DNA of 64,000 bases. It comes from Vermamoeba vermiformis (Eukaryota). Shown here piece after piece: positions 50,182 through 63,606 of this stretch. Position numbers and translations under genes: made by a program. The notes beneath the pieces were generated by a model, which saw nothing but the letters and a program-made list of their open reading frames with translations, had not been told where the DNA came from and ran no database searches. Position 1 is the stretch's first letter; each line of letters opens with the position of its first letter. The stretch spans positions 62,001-126,000 of the forward strand of contig JBEWZL010000063.1 in NCBI GenBank assembly GCA_045837725.1, in the 5' to 3' direction.

Positions 50182-50900
50182 TTATAATACATATTTAATT
50201 GGGACTTTTTCTCTTCTATGTCTCAACGTTCTGCAGCGGATTAGCGTCAATTGAATTGCAAGCGGATCGGACCCCGATCTCGTTTAAAACTTCGGGTAAT
50301 TGTATTGCTTCGATTAAATTACCACTAGGGGCCAGTATTATTGCCTTATTTCTGATAGTCTTGCGAACTCTTCTTGATCGTTAATTTCTCGGGCAAGCTC
50401 AATCGCTTTGTCAGCGTATCTTAGCGCTTTGTCCATTCTGTTCTATGGAGTCAAAATTTGTTAAAAGACTGAATATACATTTGATAGTATGCCTTACTAA
50501 ACTTGACAGGCCTTATACATAAACAACACGTGTTTTTTAGGTTCGCGTTTGTTGATCGCATCCGAAAAAAAGCAAATATGAGGAGTCCTCAAAACGCTCT
50601 GTAATAATAAGTAAACGCTATATAATAGTGCTATAACGTACTAATTGGATGCCTTCTATTTAGAACGCGCTTTTGAGCGATATTAATGCTACCGGTTCGC
50701 CGAGCCAGAGGCGAGCGACTTTCGCAGCGGATTGGATATCTCTCTATATAAAGACTATTAATAATAAAATAATTGGGGTTACAATGCCTAAAAGAGTTTT
50801 GGATCTTGCACATAATAAATACGTGCCTTACGAAACGTTGTCGCTGACTTGTAGATCTGATTTGAATAAATTTCTTCAACATTTACAACACGAATTTAAT
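50182..50900 (-). pseudogene. Possible degenerate TPR-protein remnant
   Basis: The minus strand at ~50436-50341 reads MDKALRYADKAIELAREINDQEEFARL (TPR-like). Upstream pieces could not be joined without stops or frameshifts. Confidence 0.3.
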
Positions 50901-51027
50901 GTATGTAACTTCATTCTTGTCCTCGTGCTGCTTTCGTTTGTTCAATAGAAGAAAATATTTTGCCAGCTCTCGCTTTTTATTACAATGAAGCCCACAACAA
51001 ACGTATGCATTCAAATTGATAATTATA

Positions 51028-54000
51028 ATGGAGAAGGACGATAAATTCGGGGTAGGTGGAACGAACTGTTGGGAAACGGATCAGAATTAAAATCTAATTA
51101 TGAGAAAGCTCTTTTAGTGGCGAATAATTATATTTAATTAACAACAATTTTTTACAATTATTTTACAGGCTTTGAAGGACGCAATGTCGATGGTAGATGT
51201 CGAAGTCTTTGACCGTCAAATTTCTTCAATGGATAGCCTCTCATTATTAAACGATCAAGATGAAGACTTAATAAGCTACGTAAGTCTTACAAGCTTTTCC
51301 CTACTCGTGCTAAAAGCGGATTTGAAAATTCAGGCCGTTAATCTTGGTCGACACGAGCTGGCCATTAAATTGCTTATTAAGACTTATGACGATGCAAAAA
51401 TGCCATTTGAGAAGATAACATGGCTAGAACTGTTCGGTATGGGCAAATCCGCTGCAGATCTTCCAAACTAAAATTTTTGCCAGATCTTGTCTCCGCACCA
51501 CATGCTTCCTCAACCCAAATTATTGAACGATTAAAATATGCCGCACCGCTAATCTCCCAAGGCAGTTTCCCGTTGACAACACTGGCGCACAAACCGAAGT
51601 ACCTCAAAGCTGCTTTCGCCCTTGGCGCTGTTTGCACGGACGGTAAATTTATCAATTTTATTCATAGAACTTAATACCGAGGTTATTAAAGCAATTGATG
51701 AAGGACACGTGTCAAACGGCGTGTTCGAAATCATTTCACGGAAAAAAAATCGCTACTTCGACGCCTAAATTAGTTGTATTATAGATTGCTTTGTTAGATT
51801 TTTTCGAATGACACGTGTCAAAAACTGAAACTATCCTCAGTTTAAGTAACCGTATTTTGTTTTTTATATAGCGAATGCCTTAGGCTCGGCCATTATGACA
51901 TCGAGCTTGCAATTCAAAGACAAAATCAAACTTTTGCAATGGCTCAAAGATAACAATTACGTGACGCACCAAATCGTACCTACTTCTGAAGTGCGGCGCT
52001 TCATTATACAATCTCCAGAATTCGAAGAATACTTGAAAAGTTATCCTGATTGTGATTGGATAATAGGTAAGAACAAAATTTACCGTTAAGCTCTCGAGAT
52101 TCGAGATCAGATCTAAAAATTTAATTCGTAGAAAAAGATCCGTTAACGCACAACAATATCCTGCACGAAATTACGAGACATGACAAGATACGCGTCTCTT
52201 CATTTAATCGAACTTGGTCCATATTGAAGAAAATTTGCCATGACAAACAAAAACTTATCGCTGCTGCTTTGCAAAGGTAAAGTTTGACCGAAAAATATTA
52301 CGTTTTACCTCAATAATGAGCCGGAAATTTCAATCGAAAACAGACAAACATTACTATAACAAAATTGTCGGTTAAATCCGATCGAATTTTACAATTAAAC
52401 TTGCGATATGTCCTTTTATTGGCGATATCGCCAAAATTAAGCTTGGTGGCGCTTTAAAGCCTACATGAATCATTTTACTTTCGCCGTTGTTTCGTTGTTC
52501 GATTTATTAATGACCTGTTAATAGGAACTCATCGGGAGTAGTACCAGCCATTGCCTATCTTTCAAAGTACTTGGGCTATTCGTCCACTTATCCCGTAGAA
52601 TTCCTTGACGCTCTCAAAATGATCGTCGAACAAGATGAAATCAATCAAGCGTGGATCACGTATACTGAACATCACATGAGTTACGACACGCAGATTTTGA
52701 AGTGTGGCATGTTGTATTGTTATCTTTTGCAGCACGGTCAGCCGCACAATACTCAGCACCTCAGACGAGTTTTGCAGAGATTATTTGAATGCGATGACTT
52801 GCATCAATTGTTTCACGCCATTGACAAACCAAAGAAGCCAGAAGAATTGTCGGAATCTGCAAATATTACCATAAATGGAAGTCATAGTCATCATACAATC
52901 CTGTTCGATTTACCGAAAGAATTATTCGAAGAAATTATTATTCAACTCGCTCCACATGACTTGACGAGGTTATACAGCTGCTCGAAGACATTGCACGAAG
53001 AATTCAAAACAACGTTGTTCAATCAAGACGAGCAACTTTGGCGTCATTATCATGTCAAGTACTTCACTCACGTTGAAGATGTGACACTGCCTTATCGAAC
53101 GAGAGTTCAGCGACTATTGAAGTAAGCGACAAAACGATCAAACCTTTGATAATGACACGTGTCATAAATTCGTTGTTGGTTTGACACTTAAAATTGACAG
53201 CCGCTGAGCAAACCGATGACTCCTGTGACGAATTTGACGTTTTTCGTTCTTAAAAATTCATAGTAATTGACGTATCAATCTTGAACTTGAAATTCAGTAT
53301 GACACGTCATAGGAGCAAAATCAATCGTTTCATAAAATTAGTCTTTGTTTGGGCTATACACCCTTTGATGATTATGACACCTGTCAATTTCTGAATTCTT
53401 GTTTTTTGCCTATTATTAACGGATAGTATATTTTTTTTTCAGGCTAAACTCGAGCTGGCGGAAGAATAAATATTCCGCCGTTGCAGAAATGAAAGGCAAG
53501 CCGCGACTGATCAACGACAATTGGATTATTATGAGCAACCACCTTGCAAATGAGTATTATACGTCATACAATACGACACCAGTCGCTTATTGGAACTGTC
53601 ATACTCAAAGCTTTGCAAATATTTCGGTTACATCTTCTGTCCATAATTTTTGCACAATATTGAAAGACACGACTGAATCAGCTAGTGCTCCAAAAGTGCT
53701 CGTTAGCGACTACAAAAACGGAAATTTCATCATGAAGATTCTAAGCGAGAAAGAATCAGCTCCGTTGAAAAATATTCCTGAGAATAATTACAGATCTGCA
53801 AATGTCTTTGAGAACATTGTTCCGATCGCCGAAAATCAGATATTTATTCCGCACGGTACGTAGCTGTGTGAAAAAATTGACTTCAAAAAATGACACTTTG
53901 ACACGTGTCAACAATCCTCCTTCACTAATTCTTTCAAATTTTCACAATTTTACTGGACAATATAATGTCTTATTCTAACGCTGTTATATTAAGCTGGATG

Positions 54001-54649
54001 TGTATTCAATATAGAATACGAAACAGTGACCGCACAACTGCCAAAATTCGACTTCGACAGTAGAACTATATACAATCCGTTCAACAAAACATTTGCCACT
54101 GTTTCTTCATATGGCAACGATTACTATGCGATTACAGATATTCGCACAAACAACACCGTTAAAGTGCCACGAAATACATTACACCCAATTACGATCACTT
54201 TCACTAAGATAGTCGATGAGCATACGCTGTTTATTATGGGACAGTGTCGCAATCATATGTTGGCCCGTCGATATACTTATGCATCTGCTTGTAGTTTTGT
54301 TGACTTGCGAACGGGATCCGAAACAAACAGAGTGAAACATGTGTTCACTAACACCTACGCGGTAAGACGTAAAACTTAACATATAATATTGAATAACTCA
54401 TTCATGAACGATTTGCAGAATGTTGCATGCTCAAACGAACGGCTATTCATTCACACACAAAATGCACCAATCGTTTCATCGTGGCACTTGCCGTCACGCA
54501 AAATCGAGTGGCTTCAACCCACTGAACACATTCCAAAAATGGCAAACGCACGATATCTCGTATTATCAGATCGTGATGATACCACAACTTATGTCAGAGA
54601 TTATTTGTCTTGGAGAAGCGAAGAAGCGGATCCGACCTTGAAATTGTAA
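51028..54649 (+). CDS. Tandem paralog A: helical (ankyrin-like) N-terminus, internal F-box, beta-rich C-terminus
   Basis: Short first exon MEKDDKFG; F-box LFDLPKELFEEIIIQLAPHDLTRLYSCSKTLH..EQLWRH; exon structure mirrors paralog B. Confidence 0.75.
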
Positions 54650-57600
54650 TGAACGATAGTTCTAATTTATAAACAAATAAATGACGATTCGTAGATTTGG
54701 TCTTTACGAATCAAACGAGAATTATCAAAGAACGGTTGCACTTCTTGTCCCGTCCCATTTGACGAAAGTAAAGAGCACATTAGAAGTTAGTTTTTGAAGA
54801 AACTTATTTTTTATTGCACGTATAAATCAGATTAAGCAAGTTAATGGAAGGCAATAGAGTGGTACGTAGCGTTCTTAAAGACTCGAATCCGTTCCGAAAT
54901 TCAATAATCGGAAATTAAATTAATTGCATAACACCGATACAACGCTTTAGTTATACAATATCTATTGTACGATAAATATATATTTTTAGAAATTAATGAA
55001 TAATTATTAGGCTTTAAAAGCCGCAATTACAACGTCAGATGTCGAAGCCTTCACTGCGTTGTTGTCTGCTCAAGATCGCTTATCAATTCGTGCTATAATA
55101 AGAAAAAATGAAGACGAAGAAGATTTAATTAGCTTAGTAAGTCGTAAAGTAAGTCTTTGGTTTTTGACTTACGGATTCGTTGCAGGCTGTGCGGCTTGGT
55201 CGGCATGAAATGGCCGTTAAATTGCTTATTAAATCAAGCATTAATACTGATTTACCTTATGAAGAGTTTACATGGTTGAAACTATTCGGTATGGGCAAAT
55301 CCGCTGCAGATCTTCCAACTAAAATTTTTGCCAGATCTTGCCTCCGCACCAAGTTTATCTTCAGGCAATATTATAAAACGACTTAAATACGCGACACCTT
55401 TGATCGCTAGAGACGATTTTCCCATGCTAACCCTGGCGCACAAACCGAAGTACCTCAAAGCTGCTTTCACCCTTGGCGCTGTTTGCACGGACGGTAAATT
55501 TATCAATTTTATTAATTTAAGAATGCCTTATTATTTCATCGCTTATCCTTGTTAGAACAAGCGATATTTGACACTTCAAATTTTTGACGTTAAATTATGA
55601 CGTTGAACTGATATTTTTATGTGACACGTGAAAAAATTAAGATCTTTGACGCGTGTCAAATAACCGAGGTCTTCTGACATTTTCTATTTATTAACGCAAT
55701 TATTGAAATTCTTAAGCACCTTTTTTAGTCTACTATCTTACGAGACTGGATTGTGTTTAACTCGTTTTTTTCCAGAAAAAGAATTAGGCCTAGCTATTAT
55801 GCAATCGAATATGAAATTCAAAGACAAGATGCGAATGCTGAACTGGCTCAAAGACAACAATTACACGACAAAACAAATTGTTCCGGTCTCGCAAGTATTT
55901 CACCATTTAAAGGAATCTACGGAATTCGAAGAATACTTGCAAAGATATCCCGATTGGTTCTTAGGTAAGAATAAGCTAACAAAAAAAAAATTGGTGGATC
56001 CGAATCTGATCTAAACGACTTTTTTTCAGAACAAGATTCTAGCGGCAATAATATACTACACTATGCTACAAGACATGCACGTGTTCGAGTGGTCGATTTT
56101 GAGCGTATTTGGAAAGTGATGAAGAAACATGCAACGGACGTTCAGAAACTCATCGCTGCCGCCTTGCAAACGTAAGTTCAACCCGTACAAATTTGCCCGA
56201 TGAAATTTCGCTTAAAAAGACATTTATTAGTATCCTATCGCCGGGAAAACGGCCATTTATTTGCTGTATTAGTACTAAACTTTTTTATGTCTTTTTTGTA
56301 ATTTAATGCCGGGTTTTTTTCTAGGAACCAGGCGGGAGAAATTCCTGCGATTACGTATCTTTCGAAGTACTTGGGGTCGTTGAACACTTATCCCGTAGAA
56401 TTTCTTGCCGCTCTTAAAATTATCGTCGAACAAGACGAGACCAACACAGCGTGGCAAAAATTCATCGAAAATTGGAGCTTTTCGGTGCAGAATATGACAT
56501 ATACAATGCTATTTTTTTATCTTTTGCAGCACTGTCAGCCTCACAACGCACAAGCCATTCGTCAACATTTGCAGAAAATGATCGACCGCGACGATTTTAC
56601 GGAGCTGTTTCATTGCATTGATAAACCAAAAAAGCAAGAAGAATTGTCGGAATCTGCAAATATTACCATAAATGGAAGTCACAGTCTGTTCGATTTACCG
56701 AAAGATCTGTACAAAGAAATTGCTATGCATCTTGCTCCACATGACTTGACGAGGTTATACAGCTGCTCGAAGACATTGCACGAAGAATTCAAAACAATCT
56801 TATTCAATCAAGACGAGCAACTTTGGCGTCATTATCATGTCAAGTACTTCAAACACGTTGAAGATGTGACACTGCCTTATCGAACGAGAGTTCAGCGACT
56901 ATTGAAGTAAGTGACAAAACGATCAAACTTTTGATAATTACACGTGTCATAACGTCATGACAGTGCTGCACTTTACGACCGATTTTGACACTTAAGATCA
57001 AACGTTTTTACAATGACACGTGTCATAAAAAATCGTTAAAAAGTGACACTTTGACACTTAATAGCGTCCTAGCCTTATCGCAGGACAATTTCAGCGAATC
57101 AATACTTGTTTGGGTTATGCGATGTTCTTTTGAAAGTTGACAGTCACTTTTGATTTTCTTACGCACGTGATCTGCGAAGATGACACGTGTCACTTTTTGA
57201 AGCAGTATTAACATTTTATATACAGGTTGAATTCTAGCTGGCAACAAAACAAGTACTCCGCTGTTGCAGAATTGAAAGGCAATCCATTAATGCTGAACGA
57301 TGATTGGTTGGTTTTGAAAGGCCTTGACTCCAATTACAATACGACACACGTCTCTTATTGGAACTGTCACAGTCAACAATTTTCAGACATTTCGCACAGA
57401 ACAACACATCGGTCATTTATCACAATTTTGAAAGATACTAATAATGAAGCAGCGCGAGTGCCAAAAGTGCTGCTCGCAAGACGGAACGAGAACTTGAACT
57501 TCGTATTTACAATTTTGAGCGAAACAGAATCTCCGGTGCTAAAAAATCTTGCCATTCGTAGCGGAGTAAAAGATTTGGCAGGAATTACTTCGATAGACGC

Positions 57601-57753
57601 TACCTCGATTTTTTGCCCTTCTGGTACGTACCTCACAAACCAGTGTTTGACACGTGTCAAACTGCCTTAGAAATATAAAGTTTTTATGAGAGCTTCGTGG
57701 TTAGATATTTGTTGCAAATGACACGTGAAAAAATTATCGTTGACACGTGTCAA
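51704..57753. repeat. Cluster of intronic palindromes TGACACGTGTCA and TGACAC half-sites
   Basis: Perfect copies at 51809, 53153, 53899, 57014, 57181, 57648, 57741; variants at 51704, 53299, 53375, 55622, 55647, 56939, 57719. Confidence 0.9.
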
Positions 57754-58513
57754 AAAAACAACTTCCCATAACAATTATTTACAATTTTTTCAATATAATG
57801 CTATCACATAGAATACTAATTATTTTTTAGTGAGCTGCGTCTACAACATTGAGCAAGAAATAGTCACGGCAGAATTGCATACCAAAGAAAATGAGATTGC
57901 AACATTTAATCCGTTCAACAATACTATTGTCACTGTTTCTAGTACTTCTGCACGCAGTCATTATACGGTCACAGATTTGCGAACAATGAAAGATATTTGG
58001 GTGCCGCAAAAATCATCCAAATCATCCAATACGATGACTATCAGATACACCAAGATAGTCGATGAGAATACAATGCTTATATTAGGATATGCGCCTGACT
58101 ACTTGCGAGGAGGTCGATATGGTAGACTCACGACAGCAGTTGGATTTGTTGACTTGCGAACCGGATCTGAAACAGAAATTGTCAAATATGCACTTCGCCC
58201 CAACTATATAAATTACGAGGTAAAACATAACATTTCGTACTTATAATATTTATTGAATAACTCATTCATGAATGATTTGCAGAATGTTCCATGCTCAAAC
58301 GAACGGCTATTCATTCACACACAAAATGCACCAATCGTTTCATCGTGGCACTTGCCATCACGCAAAATCGAGTGGCTTCAACCCACTGAACACATTCCAA
58401 AAATGGCAAACGCACGATATCTCGTATTATCAGATCGTGACGATACCACAACTTATATCAGAGATTATTTGTCTTGGGGAAGCGAAGAAGTGGATCCGAC
58501 CTTGAAGTTGTAA
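54844..58513 (+). CDS. Tandem paralog B of the F-box gene
   Basis: Short first exon MEGNRV; F-box LFDLPKDLYKEIAMHLAPHDLTRLYSCSKTLH; last exon nearly identical to paralog A. Confidence 0.75.
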
Positions 58514-58580
58514 CGAACGATAGTTTTAATTTATAAACAAATGATACATATTGATATTAGTATACGTTAATATTATTGTA

Positions 58581-61236
58581 TTAAACAGATTTGTTCAATT
58601 TAGTGTACGACATTGCTTTTTCAGCTTCAGGTTCACCGCTGATAGTTTGAGCCACAGGACCAGCTTGTTCGGGCTTGAACTTTTGCAAAATATCGCTTGC
58701 GATGAAAATATAGCCAGGTTCTTCTTTAGCGAACTTGGCCCAATCATCTTTAGCCAAGTATTAGTAAACCATAAAAAAAATGGTGTGGATGTGGTTTGAC
58801 TTACCGTAACGAATGAATCCGTCTTTGTCGGAATCGATTTTAGAGAATAGAGTGTTAATATCGTCTTGTCTAATGTTCAAGAACAATTTGCACATGATTT
58901 TTCTGAATTCTTCGCGAGAAATTACGCCGTCATTGTTCTATTCCAAATTAAGTAATTGTCAGTACTCACATTTCACTGAAATAGATCCACGTGCTATTAA
59001 ACGCTCTTACCTCATCGAAGACTGTAAAGCAGTACTTGACAGTGTCACTTTCAAGCTCCTTCTTGCTGTTCAAAATTGACAGGCCAAGCACGAACTCCTT
59101 GAAATCTAACAAGATCCGTGAGTCGACAAATCATCATATTAATATATTATATATGTATATGTACCTATCGTGCCGGACTCGTCTTGATCGAACAAGTGGA
59201 AGAGATCGTAGACCTCTTGAGTGAAGGGCAAGTTGAGTGCTTGAGCGAACTCCGTGGCGTCGAGTGTGCCTGAGTGATCTTTGTCCATCGTAGCAAAGAC
59301 CCTATAAAAACACTATTAGCATGATATGATTTTATTATCTGGAGCTGTCAGGTCGTACTTGAGGATGTTCTTAATCTCGTCAACGCTGAGATTGTAAAGT
59401 TTTTTGAGCTCGGTGTATTGCACGTTGATCGCTTGGTTTGGCACGTGTAAGCTTTGAGCCTGCAAGTCAATTCTGTTAGCTCACACACGCGTTCACATGA
59501 TGAATATGTTATTATTGTTGACGTACAGCCATGAGCAAGAAGGCGTCTTCTACGGAATGGTTCGTGATTGGCAAGCCGATCTGATCCGCCATCTTCCTTC
59601 GCACGTTATCTGCGTACCTACAAACAGGACTATTAGATTCACCTTTTCCAACAATAATAAACCATTCGCGTACAGTTGTGCGTCTTTTTTCTCTTCTTCA
59701 TTCGGCACCTATCGAGCGATAAATAATTGTTAGACGTTTCCATATATGTATAAGCTTAAGACGACGTACGTAAGGATCCATGTAGACTACTTCAACAGAG
59801 TTCTTAAAGTTGGACCAAATCTTGAACAACGAGCGCCACAGCGTGTTATCTACGGGACCCCATGTTAATGACACCGTATTATTGGTACCTATGAGAATTG
59901 ATGACTTACCGACAGTCCAGCTGAACAACGGGTCATAGTAGTTCAAGTGCACGGGCTGCACGGGCAAACCGGGCTTGAACGCACCAACCTTGAAGTTGAG
60001 CAAGTACGTGCCGTTCGTGGTCGTGCCTTCAGGAAAGAGGGCCACTTGAGGACCTTCTCCCGCGGCTGCAAAGTGGCCTCGGCGAGCAATAGCCTCCATA
60101 GTCTCCTAATAGACAAGTTATTTAGCACTATTAACTTGAATTCCGATCATGATGCACGTGCCTCGCGTGAGGTCTTTGAATGTCGATCCACTAACACGGC
60201 TTGAGTCGCACGTAAGATTCCTCCGACGAGCGGTAACTTCTCGAGCTCTTTTTTGGCAACACTAAAAGGATTAGTATTGTATTGCCATAACGAAGGCAAA
60301 CAAGAAAAATGTGCAGATTCGATCCGGGGTGCATCTCTGAAAAGTCGTTAAGCTAAGCATGAAACTTACAAGCAAGGTGCATATGTGGAGTATAATAATA
60401 GAGCATCCAATATACTATTATGGTTTGCAATAACAATTGGTGCTCGTGGTCCACCAACAGGTTTGCCTTTAGATCTGATCCAGTAAAATCCCCAGGTGAA
60501 CAGCAACGTCCTCATTAAGAAGCGAGACATCTTCATTATTCTAAATCGCCATCTATATAATATATTAATTAACTAAATCCGAAAAGATAAAAAAGTAATT
60601 GAATTTTCATGAATTGTTGGATCCTAGTTGATGGTCACTTACTTAGCCAGAGGTTGCTTATTTGGATCGTGATTTCGAGGTAATCCTAATGTAGCCAGCT
60701 TGCATGTCGCAAATATCCAACCACCAATCAGTAGCGTGATGATACCACGAATGGGAACGATTGTAAGTGAGGCGATGGCGGTCTGATCCAAATCAATAAA
60801 AATTAGAATCAACTGAAATAAATATTGAATAATATATAAGTAAACTTATAAAATCAAATAGTTTTCAACTCGCGATCAAATTAACTCCTCTGAAAAGGAT
60901 GCGGGTAGAGAAATTTAATTTGCAAAAATAATATCTTCTGCGAGCAATGATAAAATTCAGAGGGACTCGATTACTAACTCTCAATTTGCAAATTAAAAAA
61001 AATTACTGGACAAATTTTAATTTAAATTGAATTTCAGAAGTGAGTTTGACAAAGACCTGCCCAAGTTAATTTTAGCTCACTTCGAAGATAATAAAAAATA
61101 TTATTATTATACCAATAAGAGGTGAATCGATTAATACCTTTAAGCCTGAAAAGACTTTACGAATCCGTCCTCTACGGTACCTCCTCGACAAGTTCAAGAA
61201 GGGATTGAACTCTAAGGCAGACTGTGGCGTGTTCAT
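58581..61236 (-). CDS. LPCAT: Lysophospholipid acyltransferase with C-terminal EF-hands (LPCAT1/2-like)
   Basis: PIVIANHNSILD (HX4D), LFPEGTTTNG, FKVGAFKPGLPVQPV; EF-hands DKDHSGTLDATEF, DQDESGTIDFKEF, DSDKDGFIRYDDW. Confidence 0.92.
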
Positions 61237-61587
61237 CTTCTCCAATCTGCTGTATTGATAAAAAAAATAACGCAAAATCACCATCAATAAGATTTCGCTC
61301 TAAATATAGATACAAACGGAACTCACTCAACAGTCTGATATTACCATTCTCCTTACCCGTATCTGCATGTAAAATGCCGTTTGGGGAATATTGCACTGCA
61401 GAAAGGCCTACATCCAGAATGACGCAGATCCGGAACTTAAATAGCAGTAAACGAAATTGAACGCAATAGAAATGCTCAAATAATGTAAGCGTATCAAATA
61501 GTGCATGCAACGCTTGGAAAGCTTTAGCAGGGAACTCGTTCAGCTCCAGTTCTTGCACATTGAAAATTTTCCGCACAAGATCAACAC
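61237..61587. promoter_or_regulatory. Putative bidirectional promoter between LPCAT and GPAT
   Basis: Divergent ATGs separated by 351 bp. Confidence 0.5.
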
Positions 61588-63606
61588 ATGAGCGGCCCTA
61601 ACGACGAGTATGTTTAGTTATTAATATATCCATGCCAGGATTATTACAGTTTATTTATTAGTTGTTGCCTGATAGTACTTTCGGATCAGTGGAATAAATT
61701 AATTATGATACGCTCAGCAGAAAAGATAAATTAATAATTTTTAAATTATAGAGCGGATATTTTATCCATTTATCAGCCCTCACAAAAGGAGGTTGATGCC
61801 TTGCAAAAAGAAAATGACCAAAAGGTGATCGACGCGTATTTGGCCAAAGAAACTCGCAAAGGAACAATGTAAGAATTATTATAATATTATTAATTGATAG
61901 CGCTGCATGCGAAACATCAAAATTAATTACAAAAATATTTACAATTAATTGTGCAGCTTCAATTTGTCAGATGGCATGCAATTCATTAACGGCGGCATGC
62001 AAACGTTGGTCGAGGTACGTGAATAATATTTTTTGTACAATATCTTACGTTGGCTCAATCTAGATTACGAATTTCTGACTAATTTTCCATAAATAGGATC
62101 AATTTACAAAATGCTTTGCCAGCCACGACGTAGAAAAGTGGAATTGGAATGCGTATTTATTGCCAGCATATTTATTGGGTGTAGTGTTCAGATACGGTGT
62201 TTTGTTCCCCTTAAGGTTCGTACAACTTTTCAAACTCAAATCTGCCTTACTCCCCACAAAAAATTACGCACTCAATAGCCTCGTATTAACATTTATATTA
62301 GACTATTTGCCTTGATTTCTGGTTGGATTGCATTTTTGCTTGGCTTCGTGCTTGTCTCCTTTATCTTTGGCGCCAACAAGAAAGCACGTGAGCACTATCA
62401 AGTAAGCCTCTACCTCACAAAAATATACTACCAACATTTTTCCTAATATGGTAATATTTGCAGCGTATGTTGATTCGATTCTTGGCCTCAGTATTCGTTC
62501 TGTCATGGAGCGGTGTCATCAAAATTCACGGCACTCGTCCGCACCGCCACGCCAATCAAGTCTTTGTGGCCAATCACAGCTCGGTCATCGACGTCGTTGT
62601 CTTGTCGCAATACATGAGCTTTGCAGTGGTCGGTCAAAAACACCCCGGCATGATGGGTATGGAACGATCCAACCGTCTCAGATCGCACTAACGAACTCAC
62701 TTTTACTAACGAAATTTTATAGGCTTGATTCAAGACCGTGTGTTGGGCTGCTTGGGAGGCATTTGGTTCCAACGTAACGAAGCTAAGGACCGTGAAAAGG
62801 TCGCTAGAACGTAAGTGAAATCGCTAGTTGCAATTGAAACTCTCGTGCTAATTAAGTCTTTATTTAGTATTAAGGAACATATTAACAACCCGAACAACAA
62901 CCCTTTGTTGATCTTCCCTGAAGGAGTCTGTGTAAATAACGAGTATGTAATTATGTTCAAGAAGGGTGCGTTCGAGTTGGGTGCTACAGTCTACCCCGTT
63001 GCCATCAAGTACAAGTAAGTGCCAATTCGACTAAGCACGCCAAGCACTCCTCTAATGTTTTTTTCTGTTCAGTAAGTTGTTCGTGGATGCGTTCTGGAAC
63101 AGTCGTATTCAAACTATTTGGCAACACTTGTTTAAATTGATGACGAGCTGGGCTGTTGTATGCGACGTCTGGTTCTTGGAGCCTCAAACAAAACAACCTA
63201 ATGAGACTCCTGAACAATTTTCTGAGCGTGTTAAGGTACGTGCCACATCCGCTTTTTTGACCAACTTTTATCTATACAAAATGTTCTATAAGACATCACA
63301 TGCATATAACCACTATTTTGCCGCCGCTTAATAAGCATTTATTAACTTGGTTTGACATTTTTAGTCTATGATTGCACGCAAGGCAGGTTTGGCTAACGTG
63401 CCATGGGACGGTTACTTGAAGTACTTGCGCCCTAACATTCGATTCACCAAGAACAAGCAACACGCCTTCGCGCACGGCTTGAGCAAGGTAAACACGATGC
63501 AAGATATGATCCGTGTAGATCAATTACTAATGTTGCTTTGTAGCGTTGTGCTGGTAGCTTAAAGTTGAGCCGCGAGATCCCAATGGACGACAAGAAAGAT
63601 GTTTAA
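61588..63606 (+). CDS. GPAT: ER glycerol-3-phosphate acyltransferase (GPAT3/4/GPAT9-like)
   Basis: DQFTKCF..WNWNAYL, FVANHSSVID, LLIFPEGVCVNNEYVIMFKKGAF, DAFWNSR, VPWDGYLKY; spliced end KKDV* (KKxx ER retrieval signal). Confidence 0.94.

Noticed and set aside
50664-50948. Plus-strand ORF as the 5' end of F-box paralog A
   Set aside because: Paralog comparison supports a start at 51028 (matching 54844), and no clean upstream model could be built.
51704-57753. Palindrome cluster as a CRISPR-like array
   Set aside because: Repeats are only 12-16 bp, irregularly spaced and intronic; no cas genes; eukaryotic context.
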